Assembly: GCA_964531205.1 (NCBI GenBank)
Contig: CAZHGH010000003.1
Location: 5,154-69,153 of the forward strand
DNA length: 64,000 nucleotides
Source: an uncultured bacterium
GTDB taxonomy: Bacteria; Vulcanimicrobiota; Vulcanimicrobiia; Vulcanimicrobiales; Vulcanimicrobiaceae
Reading direction: 5' to 3'
A program made the translations under genes and the position numbers. The notes beneath the pieces were generated by a model, which was given only the letters and a program-made list of their open reading frames with translations, did not search any database and was not told the DNA's origin. Shown piece after piece: positions 38,143-47,475 of this stretch (position 1 is its first letter; every line of letters starts with the position of its first letter).

Positions 38143-39156
38143 TTAGAACCTCACCATTTCGCGCATTGCGTCGGCCATCTCAGCCGGCGAGCTCATGTAC
38201 TCTTCTTCCAGCGGAAGCGCGTAGCCCATCGCAGGAACGTCCGGCGCGCAAAGACGGCGGATCGGCGCGTCGAGTTCGAACAGCGCTTCCTCGGCGACCA
38301 TCGCGCTGATTTCAGCGCCGATGCCTCCGAATTTGTTGTCTTCGTGAATGACGAGCAATTTGCGCGTCTTGCGCACGCTCTCGAGAATCGTGCCGCGATC
38401 CATCGGGCGAATCGAACGCAGGTCGATCACTTCGACGGACATGCCTTCTTGTTCGAGCGCGTTCGCCGCTTCGAGCGCCCAGTGCACGTACAAGCCGTAC
38501 GAAACAACCGTAAGCTGTGTGCCTTGCTTTTTGACGTCGGCCTTGCCGATTGGAATCGTGTAATGGCCGTCCGGCACTTCGCCTTTGATGAGACGGTACG
38601 TTTTCTTGTGCTCGAGGAACAGCACCGGATCCGGATCGTCGATTGCCGCGTTCAACAAGCCTTTAACATCGGCTGGGAACGCCGGCGCCACGATTTTCAG
38701 TCCGGGTACGTGATAGAACAGCGCTTCAATAGAAACAGAGTGCGAGAGTGCACCGCGAACGCCGCCGCCGTACGGCGTACGGATGACCAGCGGACACGTG
38801 TATTCACCGTTGCTGCGATAACGCGTCTTCGCCGCTTCTCCGACGATTTGGTTGAACGCCGGATAGATGAAGTCGGCAAATTGAATTTCGGCAATCGGAC
38901 GCAAGCCTTCCATTGCCATGCCGACCGCGATACCGACGATCGACGCTTCGGCGATTGGCGTATCGATAACGCGTTCCGGTCCAAATTCTTTGATGAAGTC
39001 TTTGGTGATGAGGAATACGTTGCCGCGGTTGCCGACGTCTTCGCCGATAATCACCGTGCGCTCGTCGTTCTTCATCGCCTCGTACAACGTCTCGCGCACC
39101 GCTTCGACGTTATTCAGGATTTTAGACGACGTTGTTGCTATTGCCACGGTTCCCAA
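38143..39156 (-). CDS. 2-oxoacid dehydrogenase E1 beta subunit
   Basis: Transketolase-like pyrimidine-binding and C-terminal domains (VIDTPIAE, RTPYGGG). Confidence 0.93.
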   Translation of the reverse strand: MGTVAIATTSSKILNNVEAVRETLYEAMKNDERTVIIGEDVGNRGNVFLITKDFIKEFGPERVIDTPIAEASIVGIAVGMAMEGLRPIAEIQFADFIYPAFNQIVGEAAKTRYRSNGEYTCPLVIRTPYGGGVRGALSHSVSIEALFYHVPGLKIVAPAFPADVKGLLNAAIDDPDPVLFLEHKKTYRLIKGEVPDGHYTIPIGKADVKKQGTQLTVVSYGLYVHWALEAANALEQEGMSVEVIDLRSIRPMDRGTILESVRKTRKLLVIHEDNKFGGIGAEISAMVAEEALFELDAPIRRLCAPDVPAMGYALPLEEEYMSSPAEMADAMREMVRF

Positions 39157-40169
39157 GCCCCTTCGTAGAGATTCTTATAGAGATCCGAAGCCTCGGGATA
39201 CGGCATCGCCTCGGCTTTATCGGTCGCTTCGTTCGTTTCGCGAAGCACATCTTTGCGCAACGCTGCAATCTCGTCGGCGTTCATGATGCCGTTGTCCAGC
39301 AGCACTTTTTCGAACATCGGAACGGGATCGTGCTTACGGTGCTCGACGACCTCATCTTTTGTCCGGTACGTCATGTCGTTGTCATCCGTGGAGTGCGCGA
39401 GGAAGCGGTAGCAGACGCCTTCAACCAGCGTCGGGCCGCCGCCGTTGCGCGCACGATCCATTGCGCGATGCACCGCGTCGTAGCTTTTGATCGGATCGAA
39501 TCCGTCGAACTGCTCGCCCGGCATGCCGTACCCTTCGGCACGCTTGTAGATATCGGGCTGCGCCATCTGCAGGCTGAGCGGTGTAGAGATTGCCCACTGA
39601 TTATTTTCAACCAGCATGACGAGCGGCAGTTTGTGAATCGCCGCGAAGTTCATCGACTCATGCCACTCGCCTTCGCTCGTCGTACCGTCGCCGCACGTCA
39701 CGAGCACGGCGCGTCCGGTTTCTTTGCGAAGCTTCATTGCATACGCAGCACCGACGGCGTGTGGAATGTGCGCGGCGAGAATCGACGAGAACGACATCAA
39801 CCCGGCGCGCTTTGACGAATAGTGATTCGGAAACTGACGGCCGCCGTTGTGATCCGCGGCGCGCGCAAAAATCGAGAGCATGATCTCGTACGGCGAGAGA
39901 CCGATGCCGATCGCAAGCCCGAGATCGCGATAGTAGGGCGCGAGGATATCCTTGCCGCGCTCGAACGCCATCGCCGCGCCGGCCTGCAGCGCTTCGTGTC
40001 CCTCGCTGCCGAGCGCAAACGGAACCTTGCCTTGCCGGTTCAGTTGGAATCCGCGGTTGTCGAGCTGGCGCTGGAGCAGCATGTTGCGGAACATCGCTGT
40101 GAGCTGGTCATCGGACAGCCCATGCCGCTCGAGTGTCTTGCGCACTTGAGTATCGGTTTTTGCCATCAA
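39138..40169 (-). CDS. 2-oxoacid dehydrogenase E1 alpha subunit (copy 1, TPP-binding)
   Basis: GDGTTSEGEWHES...NN TPP motif. 19-nt overlap with E1 beta. Confidence 0.92.
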   Translation of the reverse strand: MMAKTDTQVRKTLERHGLSDDQLTAMFRNMLLQRQLDNRGFQLNRQGKVPFALGSEGHEALQAGAAMAFERGKDILAPYYRDLGLAIGIGLSPYEIMLSIFARAADHNGGRQFPNHYSSKRAGLMSFSSILAAHIPHAVGAAYAMKLRKETGRAVLVTCGDGTTSEGEWHESMNFAAIHKLPLVMLVENNQWAISTPLSLQMAQPDIYKRAEGYGMPGEQFDGFDPIKSYDAVHRAMDRARNGGGPTLVEGVCYRFLAHSTDDNDMTYRTKDEVVEHRKHDPVPMFEKVLLDNGIMNADEIAALRKDVLRETNEATDKAEAMPYPEASDLYKNLYEGAWEPWQ

Positions 40170-40207
40170 AAGGTCCCTGTTAGGTTAGCGGCCGTTATTG
40201 GGGCGCG

Positions 40208-41236
40208 TTACTGCCATGGTTCCCCGCCGTGACCGTACACGTTCATATAAAGGTCTTCCGGCCCGGGGTAAGGCATGGCTTCCGCCCTGTCGGTGGCATC
40301 GTTCGCCTCGGCCAGGACGGATGACTTCAAATTCTCCGCCGCCTGCGGCGTAAGCACGCCATGCTCGACAAGGAAGCGCTCGAAGTTCGGCACGGGGTCG
40401 TCTTTACGGCGGGCGTTGACCTCGTCGCGGTCGCGGTAGGTGCGGTCGTCATCGTCAGTTGTGTGCGAGAGGAAGCGGTAGCACTTCGCCTCGATGAGGG
40501 TCGGGCCACCCCCGCGCCGCGCGCGGTCCATCGCTTCCTTTGTCGCCGCATAGACGGCGATCGGATCGAAGCCGTCCACCACCACGCCCGGCATCCCGTA
40601 TCCGGCCGCGCGCTTATAAATGTCGGGTTGACCCATCTGATTCGAAAGCGGCGTGCTGATTGCCCATTCGTTGTTCTCGCAGAGAAACACGATCGGCAGT
40701 TTGTGAACGGAGGCGAAGTTGAGGGATTCGTGCCATTCGCCTTCGCTGGTCGCGCCATCGCCGAACGTAGTCAGTACGACGCGGTCGTGTTCCTTGCGCA
40801 GTTTCAATGCATATGCCGCACCGACGGCGTGCGATGTTTGCGCCGCGATGATGGAACTGATCGTGTACAAGCCCAACCGTTTGCTGGCGTAGTGATGCGG
40901 AAACTGGCGTCCGGCGCTGTGATCGGCCGCACGTGCGAAAAGCGAAAGCAGCACTTCATACGGAGTAAGCCCGATGCCCAGTTCGAGTCCGAGATCGCGG
41001 TAATACGGAACGAGGATGTCTTGACCGCGGATGAAGGCCATTGCGGCTCCCGCTTGCACCGCTTCGTGCCCTTCGCCGGCCGACGCGAACGGAATCTTGC
41101 CTTGACGGTTGAGTTCGAAACCGCGCGTCTCAAGGCGGCGGTGCATCAGCATCGTCCGCCAGATGGCGATGAGCTGTTCGTCGGTGAGTCCGTGCCGTTC
41201 GAAGCCGGCTGCGGCGGTCTTGATTTTGGCGGCCAT
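40208..41236 (-). CDS. 2-oxoacid dehydrogenase E1 alpha subunit (copy 2, tandem paralogue)
   Basis: Aligns without gaps to copy 1. TPP motif intact (GDGATSEGEWHES...NN). Shares the C-terminal EPWQ. Confidence 0.9.
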   Translation of the reverse strand: MAAKIKTAAAGFERHGLTDEQLIAIWRTMLMHRRLETRGFELNRQGKIPFASAGEGHEAVQAGAAMAFIRGQDILVPYYRDLGLELGIGLTPYEVLLSLFARAADHSAGRQFPHHYASKRLGLYTISSIIAAQTSHAVGAAYALKLRKEHDRVVLTTFGDGATSEGEWHESLNFASVHKLPIVFLCENNEWAISTPLSNQMGQPDIYKRAAGYGMPGVVVDGFDPIAVYAATKEAMDRARRGGGPTLIEAKCYRFLSHTTDDDDRTYRDRDEVNARRKDDPVPNFERFLVEHGVLTPQAAENLKSSVLAEANDATDRAEAMPYPGPEDLYMNVYGHGGEPWQ

Positions 41237-41270
41237 GAGTCTCGTCGCTCTTTAGAGAACGGCTCGCTGC

Positions 41271-42059
41271 GTGCCTTTTCACTCGCTCGGCGGCGGCTTA
41301 CCGCCTCTTGGAGGCGCCGTCATATTTATCGGTATCATCGTGCTGCTCGCCGTCGGCGGCGCGTTACTGTTCCATCATATTGTGCCGCACGCCGTATTAG
41401 TGGAACACAATGATATCGCCGGGTTCGTGTTCGCGGTGGTCGGCGTGGTGTATGCCGTGTTACTCGCGTTTCTCGCGATTGCGGTCTGGGAAAATTTTGA
41501 GGCCGCCGAGCTACGTACGTATGACGAGGCAACTCACTTAACGGTGGTGTATCGCAAGAGCGACCTATTCCCGCAAGGCCATCGCTTGCGCGCAGCATTG
41601 ACTTCCTACGTACGTCTTATCGTGAATCGCGAATGGGACGAGATGTACGAGGGGCGCCACGACGCACAAGCGGAGAGCGCCGCCGAACGAATCGCATTTC
41701 AGGTCAGACACTTGCCGGTAAAGAATGCTGCGCAGCAAAACGTGCACGCAGTCATGATGCAAGGCATGGACGATGCACTCGTCGATCGCGATTACCGCAC
41801 GTCGCGCGCTTCGCTGGGCGTCAACCAATTTATATGGCTGATTTTGTGGCTGGGCGCGGCTGCGACTATTGCATTCGCGTATCTTTTCGCGTTTAGCAAC
41901 CGATGGGCGCTCGTCGCAATTATTGGTATGCTGGCGTTTATGCTTGGGCTCGTGCTGTATCTCATTTCCAGCGTGGATTTTCCGTTCCGCGGGGCGGTTC
42001 ACGTGGGACCCGAGGCATTTCTAAATGCTTTGGATCATTTCCAACGGATAGGACCGTGA
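41271..42059 (+). CDS. Membrane protein (DUF4239-like)
   Basis: TM helices at both ends flanking a soluble core. The family name is from memory. Confidence 0.65.
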   Translation: MPFHSLGGGLPPLGGAVIFIGIIVLLAVGGALLFHHIVPHAVLVEHNDIAGFVFAVVGVVYAVLLAFLAIAVWENFEAAELRTYDEATHLTVVYRKSDLFPQGHRLRAALTSYVRLIVNREWDEMYEGRHDAQAESAAERIAFQVRHLPVKNAAQQNVHAVMMQGMDDALVDRDYRTSRASLGVNQFIWLILWLGAAATIAFAYLFAFSNRWALVAIIGMLAFMLGLVLYLISSVDFPFRGAVHVGPEAFLNALDHFQRIGP

Positions 42060-42883
42060 TCGTGAAGTGTCTGCCCGCAATTGTGCTGGCCCTTTTATGC
42101 ACGATATTATGTGGAACTCGCGCACAAGCGGCGGCCGAGTTTTGTCCCGCCTCTATCGTCGGCGGCGTCGCGAAAGTCGATGCAAACTCGTATCGCTTGC
42201 GCTTGGGCGCAATCAGTCCGCGTACCGTTAGCGGTTTCTTGCGATTACAAACCGACAAGGGCTGGTACAACGCGCCGTACTCAGGAGTTCTGCTCACCGC
42301 AATGTCCCAGCAGCACAACGATCGAGGTTTCGCGTTCAGCTACGAGGATTATCTCTCCGGAGACATCGTGGTAAAGTTTCCGGCGCCTATCGTGGTCCAG
42401 TATGCGTATGTTAGCCAAGCTCAAACCAAAGGCGAAACGCTGCTCGATTGGGACAAGGAAGGCACTGTAACGTGTTTGCCGACTCCAGTCGCCGCAAAAA
42501 GCACGCCGCCTCCTGCACGTGCATTGCCTCCGCTTTCAAGAGATGCAGTCACAATCAACGCGCGGCCAATTGACTCGCCGTTCGATACGAAATGTGCCGA
42601 TCCGTTTGCGGAGGTGCAGCTCAGGAAGACGGAACCTCTGCACGTTCCGTCGCTCTTTGCGCACGATAACTTCACGCAAGTGCCTGAGGGAACCGCGGGT
42701 GTCGTCGTTGCCGTAGAGCGCGACGGCAGCGTTGTCGATGCGTGGCTCTGGGAAAGCAGCGGGACGCCGCTGCTCGATCAAGCCGCGATGGATCAAGCGC
42801 GCAAAAGCACGTTTCTTCCGGGCCGCGCGTTCTGCCGGAACGTTCCCGGCTACTTCTTACTGCGCTCTGAATTTAAGGGATAG
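42056..42883 (+). CDS. Secreted protein with TonB C-terminal-like domain
   Basis: GTGA overlap start, signal peptide. The C-terminal ~80 aa resembles TonB_C (GTAGVVVAVERDGSVVDAWLWESSGTPLLDQAAMDQARKSTFLPG). Confidence 0.7.
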   Translation: MIVKCLPAIVLALLCTILCGTRAQAAAEFCPASIVGGVAKVDANSYRLRLGAISPRTVSGFLRLQTDKGWYNAPYSGVLLTAMSQQHNDRGFAFSYEDYLSGDIVVKFPAPIVVQYAYVSQAQTKGETLLDWDKEGTVTCLPTPVAAKSTPPPARALPPLSRDAVTINARPIDSPFDTKCADPFAEVQLRKTEPLHVPSLFAHDNFTQVPEGTAGVVVAVERDGSVVDAWLWESSGTPLLDQAAMDQARKSTFLPGRAFCRNVPGYFLLRSEFKG

Positions 42884-42891
42884 GCGCAGCG

Positions 42892-44412
42892 TTACGGGAC
42901 CATGGACTGCACGTAAAGTTTCCCCGTTGGGTAATCGAAGATCAGGTTGAAGTTCGATAAGATGTTCCGCCCCAGCGCGCCGTCGTAGTCGAGATCCTCG
43001 AACTTGTTGCCCGACGCCACGATTACTCGCGCGTCCGCAAACGCGAGATCGCCAAAATCGAAGCGGCTAAACGTATACTCATGATAATCGACGGCTTGTC
43101 CGGCAACGCCGACCACCTGACCCATCACGTCGCCCGGCCGGTTTGGATGGAATTGCCGGAAGAAATGCGGGTAAAGCAGCGTCTCGAACGCCCCTAAGTC
43201 GACGATGAACGCGCCGTCGACGGCGTTGAACTTTGCATGTGCGCGCGGCACGCGATCGTCGACTTGAATTGGGATCGTCACCCACGGCGCCGCCGGCGCC
43301 TCTTTCGATGAAGCGCTGACCGTTATTTTTTGATCTTTAAAGTTCACCGAGATTCGTTGGCTTGCGAAAAAGTCTCCGCCGATCAATCCGACAACCTTTC
43401 GGTCGTCGCCGCGCTGGCGTTGAAAGGCAATCGTCTCCATCGTCACGCCGTGCGCGTGCAGATCGCCGAGAGCCAAGTCCGCAACGCGCGTTCTGCCTGC
43501 CGTGAATTCACCGCCGAACGATTCCCTTCGCACGTCCGAAACCGTTAACCCAAGCTCGCGAGCGACAGTAGAGTCGATGACGAGCGTCGAGGCTCCGGAA
43601 TCCAGTTCGAAATCCAAACCGCGGCCGGCAATTGTGACGCGCACGATGATTCCGCCGGGTGTAAAGTCCGCGGGAATTTGTACGGACGAGCGGCCCGCGA
43701 GATCGAAGAGCGGCTTACTCGCCGGAACTGCCGCATGGACCGCACTAACCGGGACCGGCTCAAAACTCTTCACGCTCGTGCGCGCGGAATTTTCGGGGTG
43801 CTCGTCGTGGTACGTTATCGTTTGCGCGAATGTCATTCCGTACGCTGTTTTAAAATCGTCATAATCGAAGGTCCACGTACTGCCGCTGTAATCCGTCGTA
43901 TCGACGCGGCGCAGCAGAAAGCTCTTCGCGTCGTAATAGCGGCGCTGCGTCAATCCATGTGCCGGAACGACTTCAACGACAACGCAAGTCGGTTGCGATG
44001 TCGTGACGCCGAGTACTTTGATCGGCGATTCGCCTTCGTTTTTCGGTTTTGACAAGGCGGCTTTAAACGGATCGTCGGTGTCGTGAAATCCGCTTACCAG
44101 CGTAACGGCGCCATTCTCATCCTGTTCCCATTGGACGTTTCCATCGAAGCCGAACGATCGAGTAAACGGACCCTCTCGCTGCGTCTCGACGTACTTGTCG
44201 CCGCTTTCATAAACTTCCGAGTGTACTGTGCCGTCCGCGTACACCGTCTCACTTACACGATGATAGGCAGCCGTTTTGAGATGTCCGCGTGCCGCACGCG
44301 CTTTTGCGAAGACTTGATCGGCGGTCAGCGTCGTCGGCGAATATGTTTCTGCCGCCTTTGCCGGGAATACGGCGCTCGCGAAAACCAGGAAGCCCAACAC
44401 CCATATACGCAT
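42892..44412 (-). CDS. Secreted two-lobed retropepsin-like aspartic protease
   Basis: Signal peptide from MRIWVLGFLVFASA. First lobe LDSGAS, second lobe VDLGAF. Confidence 0.78.
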   Translation of the reverse strand: MRIWVLGFLVFASAVFPAKAAETYSPTTLTADQVFAKARAARGHLKTAAYHRVSETVYADGTVHSEVYESGDKYVETQREGPFTRSFGFDGNVQWEQDENGAVTLVSGFHDTDDPFKAALSKPKNEGESPIKVLGVTTSQPTCVVVEVVPAHGLTQRRYYDAKSFLLRRVDTTDYSGSTWTFDYDDFKTAYGMTFAQTITYHDEHPENSARTSVKSFEPVPVSAVHAAVPASKPLFDLAGRSSVQIPADFTPGGIIVRVTIAGRGLDFELDSGASTLVIDSTVARELGLTVSDVRRESFGGEFTAGRTRVADLALGDLHAHGVTMETIAFQRQRGDDRKVVGLIGGDFFASQRISVNFKDQKITVSASSKEAPAAPWVTIPIQVDDRVPRAHAKFNAVDGAFIVDLGAFETLLYPHFFRQFHPNRPGDVMGQVVGVAGQAVDYHEYTFSRFDFGDLAFADARVIVASGNKFEDLDYDGALGRNILSNFNLIFDYPTGKLYVQSMVP

Positions 44413-44450
44413 ACGGGAATTTTGGCGAGAGAGCGGGCGTGCGCCTGTTA

Positions 44451-44471
44451 TCCGCCGTTTCTCCGCCGTTT
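44451..44471. promoter_or_regulatory. Tandem direct repeat TCCGCCGTTT-c-TCCGCCGTTT (11-bp period) in a divergent promoter region
   Basis: Read directly. Lies between the protease start (44412) and the M20 start (44519). Confidence 0.3.
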
Positions 44472-44518
44472 GTCCTGGGAGCGGACTGACGTACGCAGCC
44501 GTGGAACGCCGCTTCCCC

Positions 44519-45679
44519 ATGACCGCTGCACTGGAAGTCCCGATAGACGAACTCGTCCGCCATCGCCGGCATTTTCACCAGCATCCGGAGCTCTCGCTCA
44601 AAGAGTTTGAGACTGCGTCGTACATCGAGCGCGAACTGCGCGGGCTCGGGCTGGATGAGATTCGTACGCGCGTCGGACAAACCGGCATTCTCGGAACGCT
44701 CAAGGGCGGCAAGCCCGGACCGGTGACGTTACTACGCGCGGACATCGACGCATTGCCGGTAACCGAAGCGAACGAGGTCGAGTATAAATCGGTCAATGCG
44801 GGTGTCATGCACGCGTGCGGGCACGATGCGCACATCGCAATTTTGTTGGCTGCCGCAAAAGAGCTGGCGCGCCGGCGCTCAGAGGTTTCCGGCACGCTCG
44901 TATTTTGCTTCCAGCCGGGGGAAGAAGGTTACGCAGGCAACAAACTGATGATCGAGGACGGCGCTCTCGAAAATCCGCACGTGGACCGGTGTTTCGCGTT
45001 GCACGTGTTTAGCGGTTTGGAAGCCGGTAAAATCGGCGTGCGCGACGGCCCGTTCTTTGCCTCATCGGACGAGTTTCATCTGAGCATTCGCGGTAAAGGC
45101 GGACACGGCGCGATGCCGGAGCGAGCGATCGATCCAATCGTTGCCGGCGCGCATTTCGTCACGATGCTGCAAACGATTGTCAGCCGCGAAATCGCACCGA
45201 AGGATCCGGCGGTCTTTACCGTTGGAAAATTTCACTCCGGTTCGACGTTCAACGTCATTCCCACCGATGCGGAAATGGAAGGCACCGTGCGAAGCTTCGA
45301 TCGCGACGTGCGCAAGTCGATGCCGGAGCGCATGGAGCGCATACTCCGCGGTCTCTCGGAAGCGATGCGGGTCGAATACGATTTACGCTACCGGTTTGGG
45401 TATCCGCCGACGGTAAACGATCCGAAGATGAACGACATCGTGCGCGAAGTCGGAGCCGCGTTACTCGGTGAGAGCAACGTTGTATATCCGCACGACATCG
45501 TAATGTGGGCCGAAGACATGTCGTACATGCTCGAGGAACGCCCTGGCGCATATTTTATCGTTGGCGCGCGCGGTGAAAAAGTCGGAACGTATCCGCAGCA
45601 CAGCGCCAACTATGATATCGACGAGCGCGCGCTCGAAGTCGGCTTCAAGATGATGGTTGGGTTAGGTCTTCACGCTTAG
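44519..45679 (+). CDS. M20-family amidohydrolase (aminoacylase/hippurate hydrolase-like)
   Basis: RRHFHQHPELS and HACGHDAH blocks. An alternative GTG start is at 44501. Confidence 0.9.
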   Translation: MTAALEVPIDELVRHRRHFHQHPELSLKEFETASYIERELRGLGLDEIRTRVGQTGILGTLKGGKPGPVTLLRADIDALPVTEANEVEYKSVNAGVMHACGHDAHIAILLAAAKELARRRSEVSGTLVFCFQPGEEGYAGNKLMIEDGALENPHVDRCFALHVFSGLEAGKIGVRDGPFFASSDEFHLSIRGKGGHGAMPERAIDPIVAGAHFVTMLQTIVSREIAPKDPAVFTVGKFHSGSTFNVIPTDAEMEGTVRSFDRDVRKSMPERMERILRGLSEAMRVEYDLRYRFGYPPTVNDPKMNDIVREVGAALLGESNVVYPHDIVMWAEDMSYMLEERPGAYFIVGARGEKVGTYPQHSANYDIDERALEVGFKMMVGLGLHA

Positions 45680-45864
45680 CTACGGCTGTTGATGTCTTTG
45701 CGGATCGCATCCGCGGCAGCGTCGGTCGCTTTCTTCAACTGCGCCACGCCTTTGCGCAGCAGGCCGCCAATCTGAACTGTCGCTTCTTCGGTTTGCTGTT
45801 GCGTTTGACGCAGCGCATCTTCCATGCGTGCTTTGGCTTTTTCCAAGGTTTCGTCGTTCATCAC
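45676..45864 (-). CDS. Small coiled-coil hypothetical protein (62 aa)
   Basis: ATGA-coupled to the upstream gene. Helical Lys/Glu/Ala-rich sequence. Confidence 0.5.
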   Translation of the reverse strand: MMNDETLEKAKARMEDALRQTQQQTEEATVQIGGLLRKGVAQLKKATDAAADAIRKDINSRS

Positions 45865-46208
45865 TTTTCACTCACCGTCAACACCCAGCGAATCGCTCGC
45901 GCGTATTGGTCCAATTCCTGGACCGTACGCCGCAGCCAGCCGCTCGCGGTGTCCTCATGCTGCTTACCGCGCCTGCCTCCCAACTGTTTCGCGTAGGCAC
46001 GGGCGGCCTCCAACTGCGCCTCGATCTCGGGCCAACGCGTGCGCAGCGTTTGCTCCGAGGCGTCCGGCGGGCGGTCGATCATCGGCGGTGCGGGCGCGTC
46101 GGGATGTTTGATGGTGTATTCGAGGCGCGCGAGCGAGTAATCGCCGCTTACGCGGATGAACGAGGCTAACAGCTGAACGAGGCGCACCTCCATCGTACGG
46201 GAGCGCAT
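45861..46208 (-). CDS. Hypothetical protein (~115 aa)
   Basis: Start placed at MRSRTMEV. The longer ORF would overlap the divergent oxidoreductase. Confidence 0.5.
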   Translation of the reverse strand: MRSRTMEVRLVQLLASFIRVSGDYSLARLEYTIKHPDAPAPPMIDRPPDASEQTLRTRWPEIEAQLEAARAYAKQLGGRRGKQHEDTASGWLRRTVQELDQYARAIRWVLTVSEK

Positions 46209-46233
46209 TCCCGGTTCGCCGAACGAGGGCCTC

Positions 46234-47475
46234 GTGAACTCGGCGGGAGATTTTAGGCGGTATGTAATCGTCGGTAATGGCTTTGCCGGCACGACGGCTG
46301 CGGAGCAAATCCGCAAGCACGATCCTTCGTGCACGATTACACTTTTCACCGACGAGCCGTACACACTTTACAATCGCATCGCGCTGCCGCCGCTGTTACG
46401 CAAACAGGTGACGAAAGAGAAAGTCATCATGCGCGACGTCGAGTGGCACCAAAAACATAACATCGACTTGCATCTGGAGACGCGCGTCGAACACGTCGTT
46501 CCTGAGGAGCGCATCGTTACCGCGAACGGGAAGTCGTATCCCTACGATGCTCTACTGATCGCGACGGGCGGGCGGCCGAACCGGCATCCCGCGCCGGGTG
46601 CGGACGGCGCAAACGTCTACAACTTTCAATACATGGACGACACGCTGGCGATCTCCGAGCAAATCGAAAAGACGAAGAGCGCGGTGTCTATCGGCGGCTC
46701 GTTCATCGCGTACGAACTTGCCGAAGCGTTCGTCTCCCGTAAAGTCGAGACGCATTGGATCATGCGCGGGCCGCGCGTGCTGCACCGCATGCTGGACCAA
46801 ATAGCCGGTGAGCTCATCGATGAAGCGGCGAAAAACGACGGCGTGCACATGCACTACGCCGATGAAATCGAGGAATTCGTTCGCGACAACGGCGTGGTGA
46901 GCAAAGTCCGGCTGAAGAGCGGCATCGATATCGAGGCGCAGTGCTATGGCGTCGGCCTCGGTCTTGCCATGAATACTGACCTGCTCGAAGGCAGCGGCAT
47001 CGAAACCAGTAAGAACGGCATTCTCTGCAACGACGAGCTGGAAACGAATATACGCGGCATCTTTGCCGCCGGCGACGTCGCCGACTTTTACGATCCTATT
47101 CTCGAGATGCGGTATCGCATGGGCACGTGGAACAATGCCGGGGCGCACGGCAAAGTCGTCGCGCAAAATATGATGGGCGGCAGCGTGAAATACGACGACG
47201 TTCCGGAGTATTCGAGTCTTTTGTTTAAAGGGCAAACGATCACGCAGTTCGGGCTATCGCCCGAGTATCGCAGCGACATCGAAACCGTTTTTACCGTCGA
47301 TCAAGAAAAGAAGTGGTATCGTGCGCTGTACTTTTGGGACAACCGCCTCGTCGGCGGCTGTTTCATGGGCAAAGGCAACCGGAGCGGCAAACGCAAGTAC
47401 ATCGAAGCGATCAAATCCAAGAATCGCCATCCGAAATCGGAATGGAAGTCCATGCTGGAATGGACGAAGGATTGA
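46234..47475 (+). CDS. FAD/NAD(P)-dependent pyridine nucleotide-disulfide oxidoreductase family protein
   Basis: VIVGNGFAGTTAA and second Rossmann SIGGSFIAYELAE. FAAGDVA block. Confidence 0.85.
   Translation: MNSAGDFRRYVIVGNGFAGTTAAEQIRKHDPSCTITLFTDEPYTLYNRIALPPLLRKQVTKEKVIMRDVEWHQKHNIDLHLETRVEHVVPEERIVTANGKSYPYDALLIATGGRPNRHPAPGADGANVYNFQYMDDTLAISEQIEKTKSAVSIGGSFIAYELAEAFVSRKVETHWIMRGPRVLHRMLDQIAGELIDEAAKNDGVHMHYADEIEEFVRDNGVVSKVRLKSGIDIEAQCYGVGLGLAMNTDLLEGSGIETSKNGILCNDELETNIRGIFAAGDVADFYDPILEMRYRMGTWNNAGAHGKVVAQNMMGGSVKYDDVPEYSSLLFKGQTITQFGLSPEYRSDIETVFTVDQEKKWYRALYFWDNRLVGGCFMGKGNRSGKRKYIEAIKSKNRHPKSEWKSMLEWTKD

Noticed and set aside
46214-46224. Short palindrome GTTCG-C-CGAAC in the 25-nt divergent gap at 46209-46233.
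   Set aside because: Arms of 5 bp are expected by chance in GC-rich DNA.
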